Assembly: GCA_021816695.1 (NCBI GenBank)
Contig: JAKAXE010000002.1
Span: 28,914-92,913 of the forward strand
Origin: a bacterium
GTDB taxonomy: Bacteria > Chloroflexota > Dormibacteria > Aeolococcales > Bog-877
DNA length: 64,000 nt
Reading direction: 5' to 3'
The stretch's first letter is position 1. Every line of letters starts with the position of its first letter. The position numbers and the translations under genes were made by a program. The notes under the pieces were generated by a model. It did not search any database. It saw only the letters and a list, made by a program, of their open reading frames with translations, and was not told where the DNA came from. This document shows, one piece after another, positions 19,215-28,451 of the stretch.

Positions 19215-22200
19215 GGGCCATGCCGACCGCACCCTCGGGTAGGGCCAGAAGCCGCTCCACCGCCATGCTCACCACCCCGTCCACCGCCCGCATCACCCCA
19301 TGAGCACAGATCAGAGGCCGGTGATGAGCCAGCTGGCGGTGCCGGCGATGCACCTCAGGCGGGATCACCAGGTCCAGGTGTCCGGTCTCGTCAGCCAGGG
19401 TGAAGAACCGCATCCCATGCGCCGAGGGGGGCGCCTGCCGGGTGATCACCAGCCCCAGCACCGTGAGCCTGGCCCCCGGCTCAGCGGCCCGCGCCTCCTC
19501 CAGCCGGACGGCACCCAGGACGGCCAGCCGGGGACGCAGCAGCTCCACCGGGTGGGGTCCGGTGCTGAGGCCCAGGAAGCGATAGTCGGTCTCCAAGCGC
19601 TCCTCCGGCGTCATGAGGGGCAGAGGCGGTGGTAGGGCCGGCAGGGGCAGGAGCCAGGGCTGGCCTGAGGATTCGATCTCATCCTCGATCCCGCGGAGCC
19701 CCCAGAGCAGCTCCCGGCGCGGCACCGCGAAGCCATCCAGGGCTCCCACCAGGACCAGGGCCCCCATCGCCTCCCGGCTGAGCCTGGTGCGGAGCCAGAA
19801 CTCCTCCGGGCTTCGGTACTCGCCGCGCTGGCGCTCGGCGTCCAGCCGCTCGCCCCAGACCTCGCCCACCCCCTTCACGTAGTTGAACCCCAGGCGCACC
19901 GCCAGTCCGCACCCCTGCCGTTCCACCCGGCAGCGGGAGACGCTGTGGTTCACATCCACCGGCAGCACCGCGACCCCATGACGGCGGGCGTCGTCGACCA
20001 GCACTGAGGGATGGTAGAAGCCCATCGGCTGCAGGTTGAGAAGCCCCACCAGGTAGGCCTCCGGATGATGCAGCCGCAGCCAGGCGGTCTCGTACGCGGT
20101 CCGGGCGAAGGCGGCGGCGTGACTGCGGCAGAAGCCGAACTCGGCGAACCCCCGCACCGCGGCGAACAGCTCGGCCCCGATCTCGGTCTCAACTCCTTGG
20201 CCCTGGCAGCCGGCAAGAAACTCCGCCTCCAGGGAGTCCATCTCCTCCCTTGAGCGATGCCGGTTCATCGCCCGCCGGAAGCGGTCCGCCCGGGCGGCGC
20301 TGAAGCCCGCCAGGCCCATGGCTATCTCGATGATCTGCTCCTGGTAGAGGATCACGCCCAGGGTGTCCCGGAGGATGGGCTCCAACCTCGGGTGCAGGTA
20401 GCGGACCGGCTCCTTTCCCTGGCGGCGGCGCAGGTAGGGGTGGACCGCCTTCCCCTGGATGGGCCCGGGGCGGATGATCGCCACCTCCACCACGAGATCG
20501 TTGAACTCCCGAGGACGGGCTCGAGGCAGGGTCTGCTGCTGGGCCCGCGACTCGATCTGGAAAACCCCCACGGTGTCGGCGCGGGAGCACATCTCGTACA
20601 CCCCGGGGTCGGCCAGGTCCAACCGGTCCAGATCAGGCCGTCCCTCCCCCACCCGGTCCAGCTCGGCCAGCGCCTCCTCCACCGCGGAGAGGGTGCGCAG
20701 GCCCAGCAGATCTATCTTGATGAGGCCGAGATCCTCGACATCATCCTTGTCAAACTGCACCACCACCCGGCCGGCACGGGTGGCCCGCTCCAGAGGGGCG
20801 ATGTCCCAGAGCGGCTCCCCCGTGACCAGCATCCCGCCGACGTGAATGGAGAGGTGCCGCGGAACCCCGACCACCTGGTCCACCAGCTCCGCGAACTGCC
20901 TCCACTCCCGAGCTGACATCGCCTCGGAGGGCGCCCGGCTGGCCACCGCCAGAAGCCGCTCGACCAGGGTCGCGCCTCCCTCGCCCTCGACGTCCCGGTC
21001 CACGGCCTTGGCCAGCTGCTCCAGGAGCCGGTCGGGGATCCCGAGGGCGGCCCCGACCTGGCGCAGCGCCAGGCGCAGGCGGAAGGTGATGACCGTGCAG
21101 ACCATCCCGGTGCGCTCCTCGCCGTAGGTGTCGTAGACGTGCTGGATGAGCCGCTCACGGTGAGTGGTGGAGACATCGATGTCGATGTCCGGGGTGCTCT
21201 CCATGCCCTCGTGGAGGAAGCGCTCGAAGAGAAGGTTGTGGGCCAGAGGATCGACCCTGGTGATCCCCAGGAGGTAGGCGACCAGACTGTCCGCCGCCGA
21301 ACCCCGGCCCTGGGCGGGGATCCGCTCCCGGCGGGCGAACTGCATCAGCTCGGCCACGATGAGGAAGAACTCCGCCAGGTGGCAGCTACCGATCACCTCC
21401 AGCTCATGGGCCAGCCGGGCATCCACGGCCTCCCGCGGACCGGGGTAGCGGTCCGGGATCCCCTCCTCACAGAGCTGCCGCAGCCGCAGGTCGGGGTCCA
21501 CTCCCGGGGGCAGCCTCAGGCCGGGGAAGCGGCTGTGGCGGAAGTCCAGCTCCAGGTCGGCTCGAGAGGCCAGCGCAGAAGCCCCCACCATGGCTTCAGG
21601 GTGGGGCAAGAGCTCGGCCAGCCCGGCTCCGTCTCGCATCCAGTACTCGTGATTGGGCAGGAGCAGGCCGGAGGCCGCCGCCTCCTCCAGCGTGCAGCCG
21701 TGGCGAATTGCCATCAGCACATCGAGGAGTCGGCCGTCACCGGGACGGGCATAGCGGGGCGCGGCGCTGGCCATGACCGCCACCCCCAACTCCGCGGCCA
21801 GGGAGACGGTCTCAGCGGCCAGCCAGTCGTCGCCGGGGTGCAGATGATGCTGCAGGCAGAGATAGAGGTTCTGTGGCTCCAGCTGTGCTTGGAGAGCGGC
21901 CAGCGCCTCCCTCGCCACCGGCCGATCCCCCCGCCTCAGCGCCCGGCTCACCGGGCTGTGCGGCCCCCCAAGCAGGAAGACGCAGCGGTCGAGATCGCGA
22001 GCCCACACCCAGTGCTCCGCAGCCACCCGGATGCGGGAGTCGCGGCGAATCCGCTCGCTCAACCCCGCCGGCCGGCGGGCCTCCCGCTGCCCCACTTCGG
22101 CAGCCCCGGCCGCTCTCCCCAGCACCTCGTCCAAGCCCTCGAGGCACAGCCGTGGAGCCCCCTTGACGCCGGCGAGCTGGGCTCGGCTAACCGCCCGACA

Positions 22201-22473
22201 GAGCTGCTGGTAGGCAGGGCGGTCCGGAGCGAGCACCGCCAGGCGGCCGCCCCCGTGCAGGTCCAGCTCAGCCCCCACCATGGCCCGCACACTGAGGCGC
22301 CGCGCAGCCCGCACCAGCCGCACGGCCCCGTACAGACCGCCCCGGTCCACCAACCCAATGGCCGGCATCTCCAGCTCCCGGGCCCGCTCCACCACAGCCT
22401 CCGGAGAGCTGGCCCCCTCAAGGAAGGAGAAGTAGGAACGCGCCCAGCATTCGGAGAAGGGGACAGGAGCCAT
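19189..22473 (-). CDS. dnaE2: Error-prone DNA polymerase III alpha-subunit paralogue DnaE2 (ImuC)
   Basis: 1094 aa. N-terminal PHP domain with the DnaE2-type beginning (FSECWARSYFSFLEGASSPEAVVERA). Pol III alpha core blocks are present (GRGSAADSLVAYLLGIT, IDIDV, FRLRLALR..., LGLIKIDLLGL). A LexA box lies immediately upstream. Confidence 0.92.
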   Translation of the reverse strand: MAPVPFSECWARSYFSFLEGASSPEAVVERARELEMPAIGLVDRGGLYGAVRLVRAARRLSVRAMVGAELDLHGGGRLAVLAPDRPAYQQLCRAVSRAQLAGVKGAPRLCLEGLDEVLGRAAGAAEVGQREARRPAGLSERIRRDSRIRVAAEHWVWARDLDRCVFLLGGPHSPVSRALRRGDRPVAREALAALQAQLEPQNLYLCLQHHLHPGDDWLAAETVSLAAELGVAVMASAAPRYARPGDGRLLDVLMAIRHGCTLEEAAASGLLLPNHEYWMRDGAGLAELLPHPEAMVGASALASRADLELDFRHSRFPGLRLPPGVDPDLRLRQLCEEGIPDRYPGPREAVDARLAHELEVIGSCHLAEFFLIVAELMQFARRERIPAQGRGSAADSLVAYLLGITRVDPLAHNLLFERFLHEGMESTPDIDIDVSTTHRERLIQHVYDTYGEERTGMVCTVITFRLRLALRQVGAALGIPDRLLEQLAKAVDRDVEGEGGATLVERLLAVASRAPSEAMSAREWRQFAELVDQVVGVPRHLSIHVGGMLVTGEPLWDIAPLERATRAGRVVVQFDKDDVEDLGLIKIDLLGLRTLSAVEEALAELDRVGEGRPDLDRLDLADPGVYEMCSRADTVGVFQIESRAQQQTLPRARPREFNDLVVEVAIIRPGPIQGKAVHPYLRRRQGKEPVRYLHPRLEPILRDTLGVILYQEQIIEIAMGLAGFSAARADRFRRAMNRHRSREEMDSLEAEFLAGCQGQGVETEIGAELFAAVRGFAEFGFCRSHAAAFARTAYETAWLRLHHPEAYLVGLLNLQPMGFYHPSVLVDDARRHGVAVLPVDVNHSVSRCRVERQGCGLAVRLGFNYVKGVGEVWGERLDAERQRGEYRSPEEFWLRTRLSREAMGALVLVGALDGFAVPRRELLWGLRGIEDEIESSGQPWLLPLPALPPPLPLMTPEERLETDYRFLGLSTGPHPVELLRPRLAVLGAVRLEEARAAEPGARLTVLGLVITRQAPPSAHGMRFFTLADETGHLDLVIPPEVHRRHRQLAHHRPLICAHGVMRAVDGVVSMAVERLLALPEGAVGMAPTASHDYH

Positions 22474-22486
22474 TCCCGTATTTTAC

Positions 22487-22500
22487 CGAACATCCGTTCT
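22487..22500. promoter_or_regulatory. Candidate LexA (SOS) operator of Cheo-box type, CGAACATCCGTTCT, in the 62-bp dnaE2/CHAD divergent region
   Basis: Perfect GAAC-N4-GTTC dyad. On the dnaE2 strand it abuts a TAAAAT -10-like hexamer (22480-22485) that lies 6 nt from the dnaE2 ATG. Nearly the same box precedes imuA. Confidence 0.6.
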
Positions 22501-22535
22501 CATATGGCTCCGAGTGCAGCTGTCAGAATCTCGCC

Positions 22536-24119
22536 ATGGCAGCCCGTGCAGGCCCCCGCTCGGCTGCCGCCCCGATGCCTGCTTCCGGCCACCCGACCGG
22601 CCGCTCCCGGACCTCGCTCGAGTTCACCTCCAGAGAACCAGTACCAGCGGCCGCCATCCGTGACCTGCTTCAGCTGTCGGCACAGCGGCCAGAGGCCGTG
22701 GAGGTCGTCGATCAGCGGTGGGTCGACACCTTCGACCGGCGCCTCCGGCGGGTCGGCGTCACCCTCCTGCTCTCCTGGGGGCAACGGCCGGAGGGTGGAA
22801 CGGCCGAGATCGAGGGAGTGAACGGGAGTCATGCCTGGAGCGTCCCCTGTCACCTGCCCCGTTCGCGGAGGAACGATCGGGGGTGGCGGCTGGAACAGCT
22901 GATCGGCGAGGGGCCGGCTACCTCTGTGCTCGGCCCCCTGATCGGAGGAAGGGCACTTCTGCCGATCGCCAGCCTGCGGGCCCGGAGGCACAGCATCTCC
23001 CTGCGCGATACCCGGGGCCGGACACTCGGCGAGGTACGCTGGGAAGAGCGCCTGGGGGCCAGGGGCGTGATGCCACGAACCTGGCTGCGGGTGACGCTGC
23101 TGCACCAGGGCCAGCGCCGGGCCAAGGAGCTGCGGGGCCGCCTGGTGGGAGTGGACGGGCTGGAGCCCAGCTCAGGAGGCTGGCTGGCCTGGCTGGACCG
23201 AGCCGAAGGGCCTCGAGTGAGGCCCATCGACCCCGGCTGGCCCTCGGCCGAAGCGGTGAGAAGGATTCTGCGCGACCTCACGGACGTGGTCTCCGCCAAC
23301 ACACCGGGGGTCCTCGCCGACCTTGACGTGGAGTTCCTGCACGATCTCCGGGTCGCGGTGCGGCGGGCTCGCTCTGCCGTCAAGCTGGTGGGTGACTGTC
23401 TGCCCGGGGCAGGAGTGGCCCGGCTGGGTTCCGACCTCCGGTGGATGGGGGACCTGACCACCCCGACCCGGGACATGGATGTCCTGCTCCAAGCCCTCTC
23501 CTCAAGCGGGGACGCGGCGGCCGAGCCGCTGCTGCGGCATCTCGCGGAGCGTCGTGCCGAGGAGTGGTCCCAGCTCGCAGCTCAGATCGGGAGCCCCCGA
23601 TGGAGGACCGCGCTCCGCCGCTGGGCCGCCGTCACCCGAGGCAGCGCCGCCGCCGTCCCGGGGGACCGCCCGGTCGAGGCGCTGGCGCATGAACGAGCGG
23701 GAAGGGCCTACCGTCGGGCCCTCCGGATCGCCCTGGCCCTGGGTCCGGCCTCGCCACCCGAGGCATTCCACAGCCTGCGCAAACGCTGCAAGGAGCTTCG
23801 CTACCTGCTGGAGTTCTTCGCTCCAGCCCTGGATGGCGTGGAGTACCGTGAGCTCCTGATCGTGCTGCGCTCCCTTCAGGACTGCCTAGGCGAATTCCAG
23901 GACACGCAGGTACAGGAGACCGAGCTGATGCAACTGGCCCCTTTGGCAGCTACCTCGGGGCCCGAGGCGGTCCTCGCCCTGGGCCGGCTGGATCACCAGT
24001 TGCGGGAGCGCCGCGAGCGAGCTCGGCAAGCCATCGTCCCCAGGCTTGCAGCGTTCACTCAGCCCAAGTTGAGGCGGTGGGCGCGGGCTGCCGCCGGGCG
24101 GAGAGGATCCCGATGCTGA
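22536..24119 (+). CDS. CHAD domain-containing protein with a ~230-aa N-terminal domain of CYTH-like size
   Basis: The C-terminal half has the CHAD helical signature (EFLHDLRVAVRRARSAVKLV, HSLRKRCKELRYLLEFF, LQDCLGEFQD). I could not confirm the EXEXK signature of CYTH in the N-terminal domain. Confidence 0.75.
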   Translation: MAARAGPRSAAAPMPASGHPTGRSRTSLEFTSREPVPAAAIRDLLQLSAQRPEAVEVVDQRWVDTFDRRLRRVGVTLLLSWGQRPEGGTAEIEGVNGSHAWSVPCHLPRSRRNDRGWRLEQLIGEGPATSVLGPLIGGRALLPIASLRARRHSISLRDTRGRTLGEVRWEERLGARGVMPRTWLRVTLLHQGQRRAKELRGRLVGVDGLEPSSGGWLAWLDRAEGPRVRPIDPGWPSAEAVRRILRDLTDVVSANTPGVLADLDVEFLHDLRVAVRRARSAVKLVGDCLPGAGVARLGSDLRWMGDLTTPTRDMDVLLQALSSSGDAAAEPLLRHLAERRAEEWSQLAAQIGSPRWRTALRRWAAVTRGSAAAVPGDRPVEALAHERAGRAYRRALRIALALGPASPPEAFHSLRKRCKELRYLLEFFAPALDGVEYRELLIVLRSLQDCLGEFQDTQVQETELMQLAPLAATSGPEAVLALGRLDHQLRERRERARQAIVPRLAAFTQPKLRRWARAAAGRRGSRC

Positions 24120-24934
24120 TCGTTGCCGTATACAACCTCAAGGGCGGCGTGGGCAAGACCTCGGCCGCCGTCAACCTCGCCTTCCTGGCGGCTCGTGATG
24201 GGTACCGCACCATTCTGTGGGACCTCGATCCCCAGGCTGGTGCGACCTACCTGCTGCGCGGCCGTCCCAAGGTGAAGGGCGGAGCCCGGTCCCTGATCAA
24301 CAAGCCCGGCCAGCTGGAGCAACGCATACGAGGTACCGAGTTCGACAACCTTGATCTCCTGCCCGCCGATCGCTCCTACCGAGCCATGGACCTGGTCCTG
24401 GATCGGACCTCCCATTCCACCCGCCGACTCGGAGACCAGCTTCGGCCGCTGGCGAGGCGGTATGACCTGGTGCTCCTCGACTGCCCTCCGAGTGCATCCC
24501 TCGTTTCCCAAGCGGCGCTGCGCGCTGCGCGGCTGGTGCTGATCCCCGTCATCCCGGCGACCCTCTCCTGGAGGACCCTGAGCCAGGTGACCGGGCTGGT
24601 CAAGGAGCTCAAGGCGCCGCGCCCGGCGATGCTCCCGTTTCTCTCCCTGGTGGACCGCCGCCGCCGCTTGCATCGGGAGGTGGCCGAGGAGCTCCGGGCC
24701 GGGCTCCCGTCCCTCGCCCGCGCCACCATACCCATCTCCTCGGCGGTGGAGCAGATGGGTCCCAGGCGGTCGCCGGTGCACACCTTCGCTGCGAGCACCC
24801 CAGCGGCGCTCGCCTATCAGGACCTGTGGGCCGAGGTGCGGGAGCTGACGTCCCCCGGTCACGGTGGCACATCGTCGTCACCTGCGCCGAAGTCGGCGGC
24901 TGCTACGGCGCACGCAGAGCGAGAAGGGGATTGA
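24113..24934 (+). CDS. ParA/Soj/MinD-family P-loop ATPase
   Basis: Start trimmed to ATG 24113 (MLIVAVYNLKGGVGKTS, deviant Walker A). Also DLDPQ and the Walker B-like VLLDCPPS. The start overlaps the CHAD stop (ATGCTGA). Confidence 0.85.
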   Translation: MLIVAVYNLKGGVGKTSAAVNLAFLAARDGYRTILWDLDPQAGATYLLRGRPKVKGGARSLINKPGQLEQRIRGTEFDNLDLLPADRSYRAMDLVLDRTSHSTRRLGDQLRPLARRYDLVLLDCPPSASLVSQAALRAARLVLIPVIPATLSWRTLSQVTGLVKELKAPRPAMLPFLSLVDRRRRLHREVAEELRAGLPSLARATIPISSAVEQMGPRRSPVHTFAASTPAALAYQDLWAEVRELTSPGHGGTSSSPAPKSAAATAHAEREGD

Positions 24935-24941
24935 CAGCTCG

Positions 24942-26174
24942 GTGACCCCAAAAGGCAGGCCCGGCGCGGTGCCGCCCCACTGGCGTACCGGGGACGTGTG
25001 GGCCATCTCACTTTCGGCCTTCTTCGCGGACCTCGGCTACCAGGCAGTACTGGCCGGGTTCCCCCTGTATCTCGTGCTGGACCTTCACCAGCCCGTCGTG
25101 CTCTTCGGAGTGGCCAGTGCCCTCAGCTATGGGGGAGGCACGTTCTTCTCGCTGCTGGGGGGAAGGCTGGGGGATCGCTTCGGCCACCGCCGCGTCGCCA
25201 TCCTGGGCAACTCCTTGATCCCCCTGCTCTCCTTGAGCGCCCTGTCCACCAGCCCGTCCGTCTCCATCGGACTGCTCACGGGCGGTTGGTGGTTCCGCAA
25301 CCTGCGAAGCCCCTCTCGGCGGGTGATGCTGACCGAGGCGGTTCCCGATCCCTCCGCCCGCAATGCCGCCTTCGGGTTCCTCCATGCCCTCGATGTCGGG
25401 GGTGGTGCCCTGGCCGCCGTGTGGGTGCTGGCCGCCGTCTCCACCCACATCCCCTATCGATGGATCTTCCTGGCCACGGCCGCTCCACTTTTGGCGTCCA
25501 CCTTCGCCCTCTCCCAGGCGCGCACCGGGGTGCGGGTGCCCCGCCCGTCCGGGGCGCTAGTTGCCGGCCCGAAGCGCTCCCCACTTCCTGGAGCCCGGGC
25601 ACTGCTCCTGGCCGCCGCCCTCTATGGGTTCACCTTCTACGCCGTGGGCTTTCCCATCCTCACCGTCGCGCAGGGTGGTGGGGGCCCGGTGGCGGGCATC
25701 GGGGCCTTCCTCCTATTCCAGGCTGTCTCCGCCGCCACCGGATACCTCCTGCCCCGCTTTCTCGGGAGCACCTTGGCCAGCGGCTTTCGCGAACTGGCGT
25801 GGCTGGGGTATGGAGGCGGGGCGGTGGGAGCGGTGCTGCTCGCAGCGGGTTACGGCCTCCATCTCGGCCTGGCGGCGCTTCTTCCCGGGGTCGCCGTGCT
25901 GGGCTGTGGGCTCGGGGTCGTCGAGACCCTCGAGCCCAGTCTGATGTCGGTCCTGCGCCCGGGGTCGGCGGCGGGCCGTGGCTTTGGCGCCCTCGCCGCC
26001 GCCCGCAGCTGGGGGGTGTTCCTCGGGAACCTGCTGATGGGGCTGCTCTACGGTGTCGCCCCGCAGCTGGCGTACGCCTATGCCGCGGTGGTGGGAGCGG
26101 CGGCTGGGGCCACCATGCTGGCGGCGGTACCACGGGCCCGACGCAGCGACCGCCGGCTCCGGGAGGACGGCTGA
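24942..26174 (+). CDS. MFS transporter
   Basis: About 12 predicted TM helices. MFS loop motif GGRLGDRFGHRRV between TM2 and TM3. GTG 24942 chosen because it follows the parA stop. Confidence 0.7.
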   Translation: MTPKGRPGAVPPHWRTGDVWAISLSAFFADLGYQAVLAGFPLYLVLDLHQPVVLFGVASALSYGGGTFFSLLGGRLGDRFGHRRVAILGNSLIPLLSLSALSTSPSVSIGLLTGGWWFRNLRSPSRRVMLTEAVPDPSARNAAFGFLHALDVGGGALAAVWVLAAVSTHIPYRWIFLATAAPLLASTFALSQARTGVRVPRPSGALVAGPKRSPLPGARALLLAAALYGFTFYAVGFPILTVAQGGGGPVAGIGAFLLFQAVSAATGYLLPRFLGSTLASGFRELAWLGYGGGAVGAVLLAAGYGLHLGLAALLPGVAVLGCGLGVVETLEPSLMSVLRPGSAAGRGFGALAAARSWGVFLGNLLMGLLYGVAPQLAYAYAAVVGAAAGATMLAAVPRARRSDRRLREDG

Positions 26175-26178
26175 GGGA

Positions 26179-28152
26179 TCAGAGTTGGGAGGGAAGTCCT
26201 CCCTCGGCGACAGCATCGTGTGCCGTCGCCACCGCCGCCTTCTCCGGCTGGGGCACCGGTTCAGGGGCCACCGGCTTGGGCGGAAGGCCGGTCACCCGCA
26301 GGATCTCCGCCTCCTCCAGCGACTCCTCCCGGAGCAGGGCGGTGGTCAGGGCCCGGAGCTTGTCCCGGTTGTGCTCGAGCAGGCTCACCGCCTCGTCGAA
26401 GCATTCGTCAACGATCCGCCGCACCTCCGAATCGATCACCTGGGCGGTCGCCTCGCTGTAGGGGCGCTGGGCCATCATCATGGTCTGCTGTTCCGGGTCG
26501 TCCGCCAGGTTCAGCGGACCGATCTTGGGACTCATCCCCCAGCGAACCACCATCTGCCTCGCGATGTTGGTGACCTGCTGCAGGTCGCTCTCGGCCCCGG
26601 TGGTCACCACTCCGTACACCAACTGCTCGGCGGCGCGGCCGCCCAGCGCCCCGACGATGCGGGCCCGAAGATACGTCTCCGGGTAGTTCTGGCGGTCGTC
26701 CACCGGTGCCTGGACCGTCACGCCCAGCGCCCTTCCCCGCGGGATGATCGACACCCGGCGGACCGGGTCGGCCTCCGGCACCAGGAGGCCGAGGAGAGCG
26801 TGACCGGACTCGTGGTAGGCGGTGCGCTCCCGGTCTTCCGGGCTCATGACGATGCGCCGGGCGGCACCCAGAAGGACCTTCTCCAGCGACTCGGTGAAGT
26901 CGTCCATGGTGACGGCAGCGCGGTTGCGGCGGGCGGCGGTGAGCGCCGCCTCATTGACCAGGTTGCGCAGTTCGGCACCCACCAGCCCCGGGGTCCGGGA
27001 GGCGAGGGCGTCCAGGTCGACGTCGGCGGCCAGCGGCACCCCCTTGGTGTGGATCCTCAGGATCGCGGCCCGACCGACGCGATCCGGTGGCTGGACCATC
27101 ACCCGCCGGTCGAAGCGCCCGGGACGGAGCAGGGCTGAGTCGAGCACGTCGGCGCGGTTGGTGGCCGCCAGGACGATCACCCCCTCGCGGGAGTCGAAGC
27201 CATCCATCTCGGTCAGAATCTGGTTCAGGGTCTGCTCCCGCTCGTCATGGCCCCCGAAGCTGGGGCCGACGCTGCGGCTCCGACCCACGGCATCCAGCTC
27301 GTCGATGAAGATGATGGCCGGGGCAGCCGCCTTGGCCTTGTTGAACAGGTCGCGAACCCGGGAGGCGCCCACCCCGACCACCATCTCGATGAACTCCGAC
27401 GCCGAGATGCTGAAGAACGGGACTCCCGCCTCCCCCGCCACCGCTCGGGCCAGCAGGGTCTTGCCGGTCCCGGGAAGGCCCACCAGCAGCACACCCTTGG
27501 GAATGCTGCCTCCGAGGCGCTGGTACTTCCCCGGCTGGCGCAGGAAATCCACTATCTCCTCCAGCTCCTCCTTGGCCTCCTCGATCCCCGCGACATCCGC
27601 GAAGGTGGTGGCCGGCTTCTCCGGGTCGTAGAGCCTGGCCTGGGATCTCCCCAGGCTGAAGAGTCCGCCGCCCGCCGAGGCGGTGGTGCGACGCATCAGC
27701 CAGACGAAGAACACCAGGAAGAGCAGGGTCGGCCCGAAGCTGTAGAGGATCTCCACCAGCGCCGAGGTCGGCGGGTTGGGATTCTGGGCGTTGATGGTGA
27801 CGTTGTGGGCGGTCAGCAGCGACTCCAGCTGGCCGCCGGCGAAGGCGGGGACCTGGGTTGTGAAGTGGAGGGCCTTGTTCTTGCTGGAGTCACTCGCCCC
27901 GGTTGGCTTCTTGAAGGTGCCTTCGATGCTGTCCCCGGTCGCGGTGATGCTGCTGACGTCGTTGGCCTGGACCTCGGTCACGAAGCGGTTGTAGGGGACG
28001 GTTATGGTCTTGGGGCTGGCCGGTGGGAAGAAGACGTTGGCCACCAGGATGTTCAGGGCCAGGAAGATGGCCACCGGCAGCAGGAATTGCAGCGAGCGCC
28101 ACTGGGGGGACCGCCGGGGCGGCTGGGAGCCTCCCTGCGGAGATTGGGCCAT
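26179..28152 (-). CDS. ftsH: ATP-dependent zinc metalloprotease FtsH
   Basis: Two N-terminal TM helices, AAA+ Walker [24 protein letters not shown], Walker [13 protein letters not shown], and zinc motif HESGHAL. 657 aa. Confidence 0.95.
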   Translation of the reverse strand: MAQSPQGGSQPPRRSPQWRSLQFLLPVAIFLALNILVANVFFPPASPKTITVPYNRFVTEVQANDVSSITATGDSIEGTFKKPTGASDSSKNKALHFTTQVPAFAGGQLESLLTAHNVTINAQNPNPPTSALVEILYSFGPTLLFLVFFVWLMRRTTASAGGGLFSLGRSQARLYDPEKPATTFADVAGIEEAKEELEEIVDFLRQPGKYQRLGGSIPKGVLLVGLPGTGKTLLARAVAGEAGVPFFSISASEFIEMVVGVGASRVRDLFNKAKAAAPAIIFIDELDAVGRSRSVGPSFGGHDEREQTLNQILTEMDGFDSREGVIVLAATNRADVLDSALLRPGRFDRRVMVQPPDRVGRAAILRIHTKGVPLAADVDLDALASRTPGLVGAELRNLVNEAALTAARRNRAAVTMDDFTESLEKVLLGAARRIVMSPEDRERTAYHESGHALLGLLVPEADPVRRVSIIPRGRALGVTVQAPVDDRQNYPETYLRARIVGALGGRAAEQLVYGVVTTGAESDLQQVTNIARQMVVRWGMSPKIGPLNLADDPEQQTMMMAQRPYSEATAQVIDSEVRRIVDECFDEAVSLLEHNRDKLRALTTALLREESLEEAEILRVTGLPPKPVAPEPVPQPEKAAVATAHDAVAEGGLPSQL

Positions 28153-28208
28153 GAGCGAAAGCTAGCAGATGCCGGAGCGGCGGTTCGCGGGGGAGATTTG
28201 CCTTGCCC

Positions 28209-28451
28209 TCAGCCCCACACTCGGACCGTCCAGCCCACCCCGGGCTCGCGACGCAGATCCAGGCACTCTCCTGATACCAGCAGCACCCGCCAGCATCGCA
28301 GCCTCCGGGGCCGGGCCGGGCCGGTGCGCCACCAGCCCACCTCCACCACTGACCGCTCAACGACCTCGGCCACCTCCGCCCAGCCACTCTCCCTTAAGAC
28401 GGCGCGCGGCTCCGCATCCTCCCCGCCGCACTCCACCTCCACCGGAGTCAT
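28209..28451 (-). CDS. Small ORF (80 aa) translationally coupled to imuB; resembles the conserved C-terminal module of long ImuB proteins
   Basis: Its ATG overlaps the imuB TGA (ATGA at 28448-28451). Third codon positions are overwhelmingly G/C, as in the real genes. The sequence ...VVEVGWWRTGPARPRRLRCWRVLLVSGECLDLRREPGVGWTVRVWG matches my recollection of the ImuB C-terminal pattern G-W-W...R-D-Y-x-R-V...G...W-x-x-R...W-x-h-x-G. Confidence 0.55.
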   Translation of the reverse strand: MTPVEVECGGEDAEPRAVLRESGWAEVAEVVERSVVEVGWWRTGPARPRRLRCWRVLLVSGECLDLRREPGVGWTVRVWG

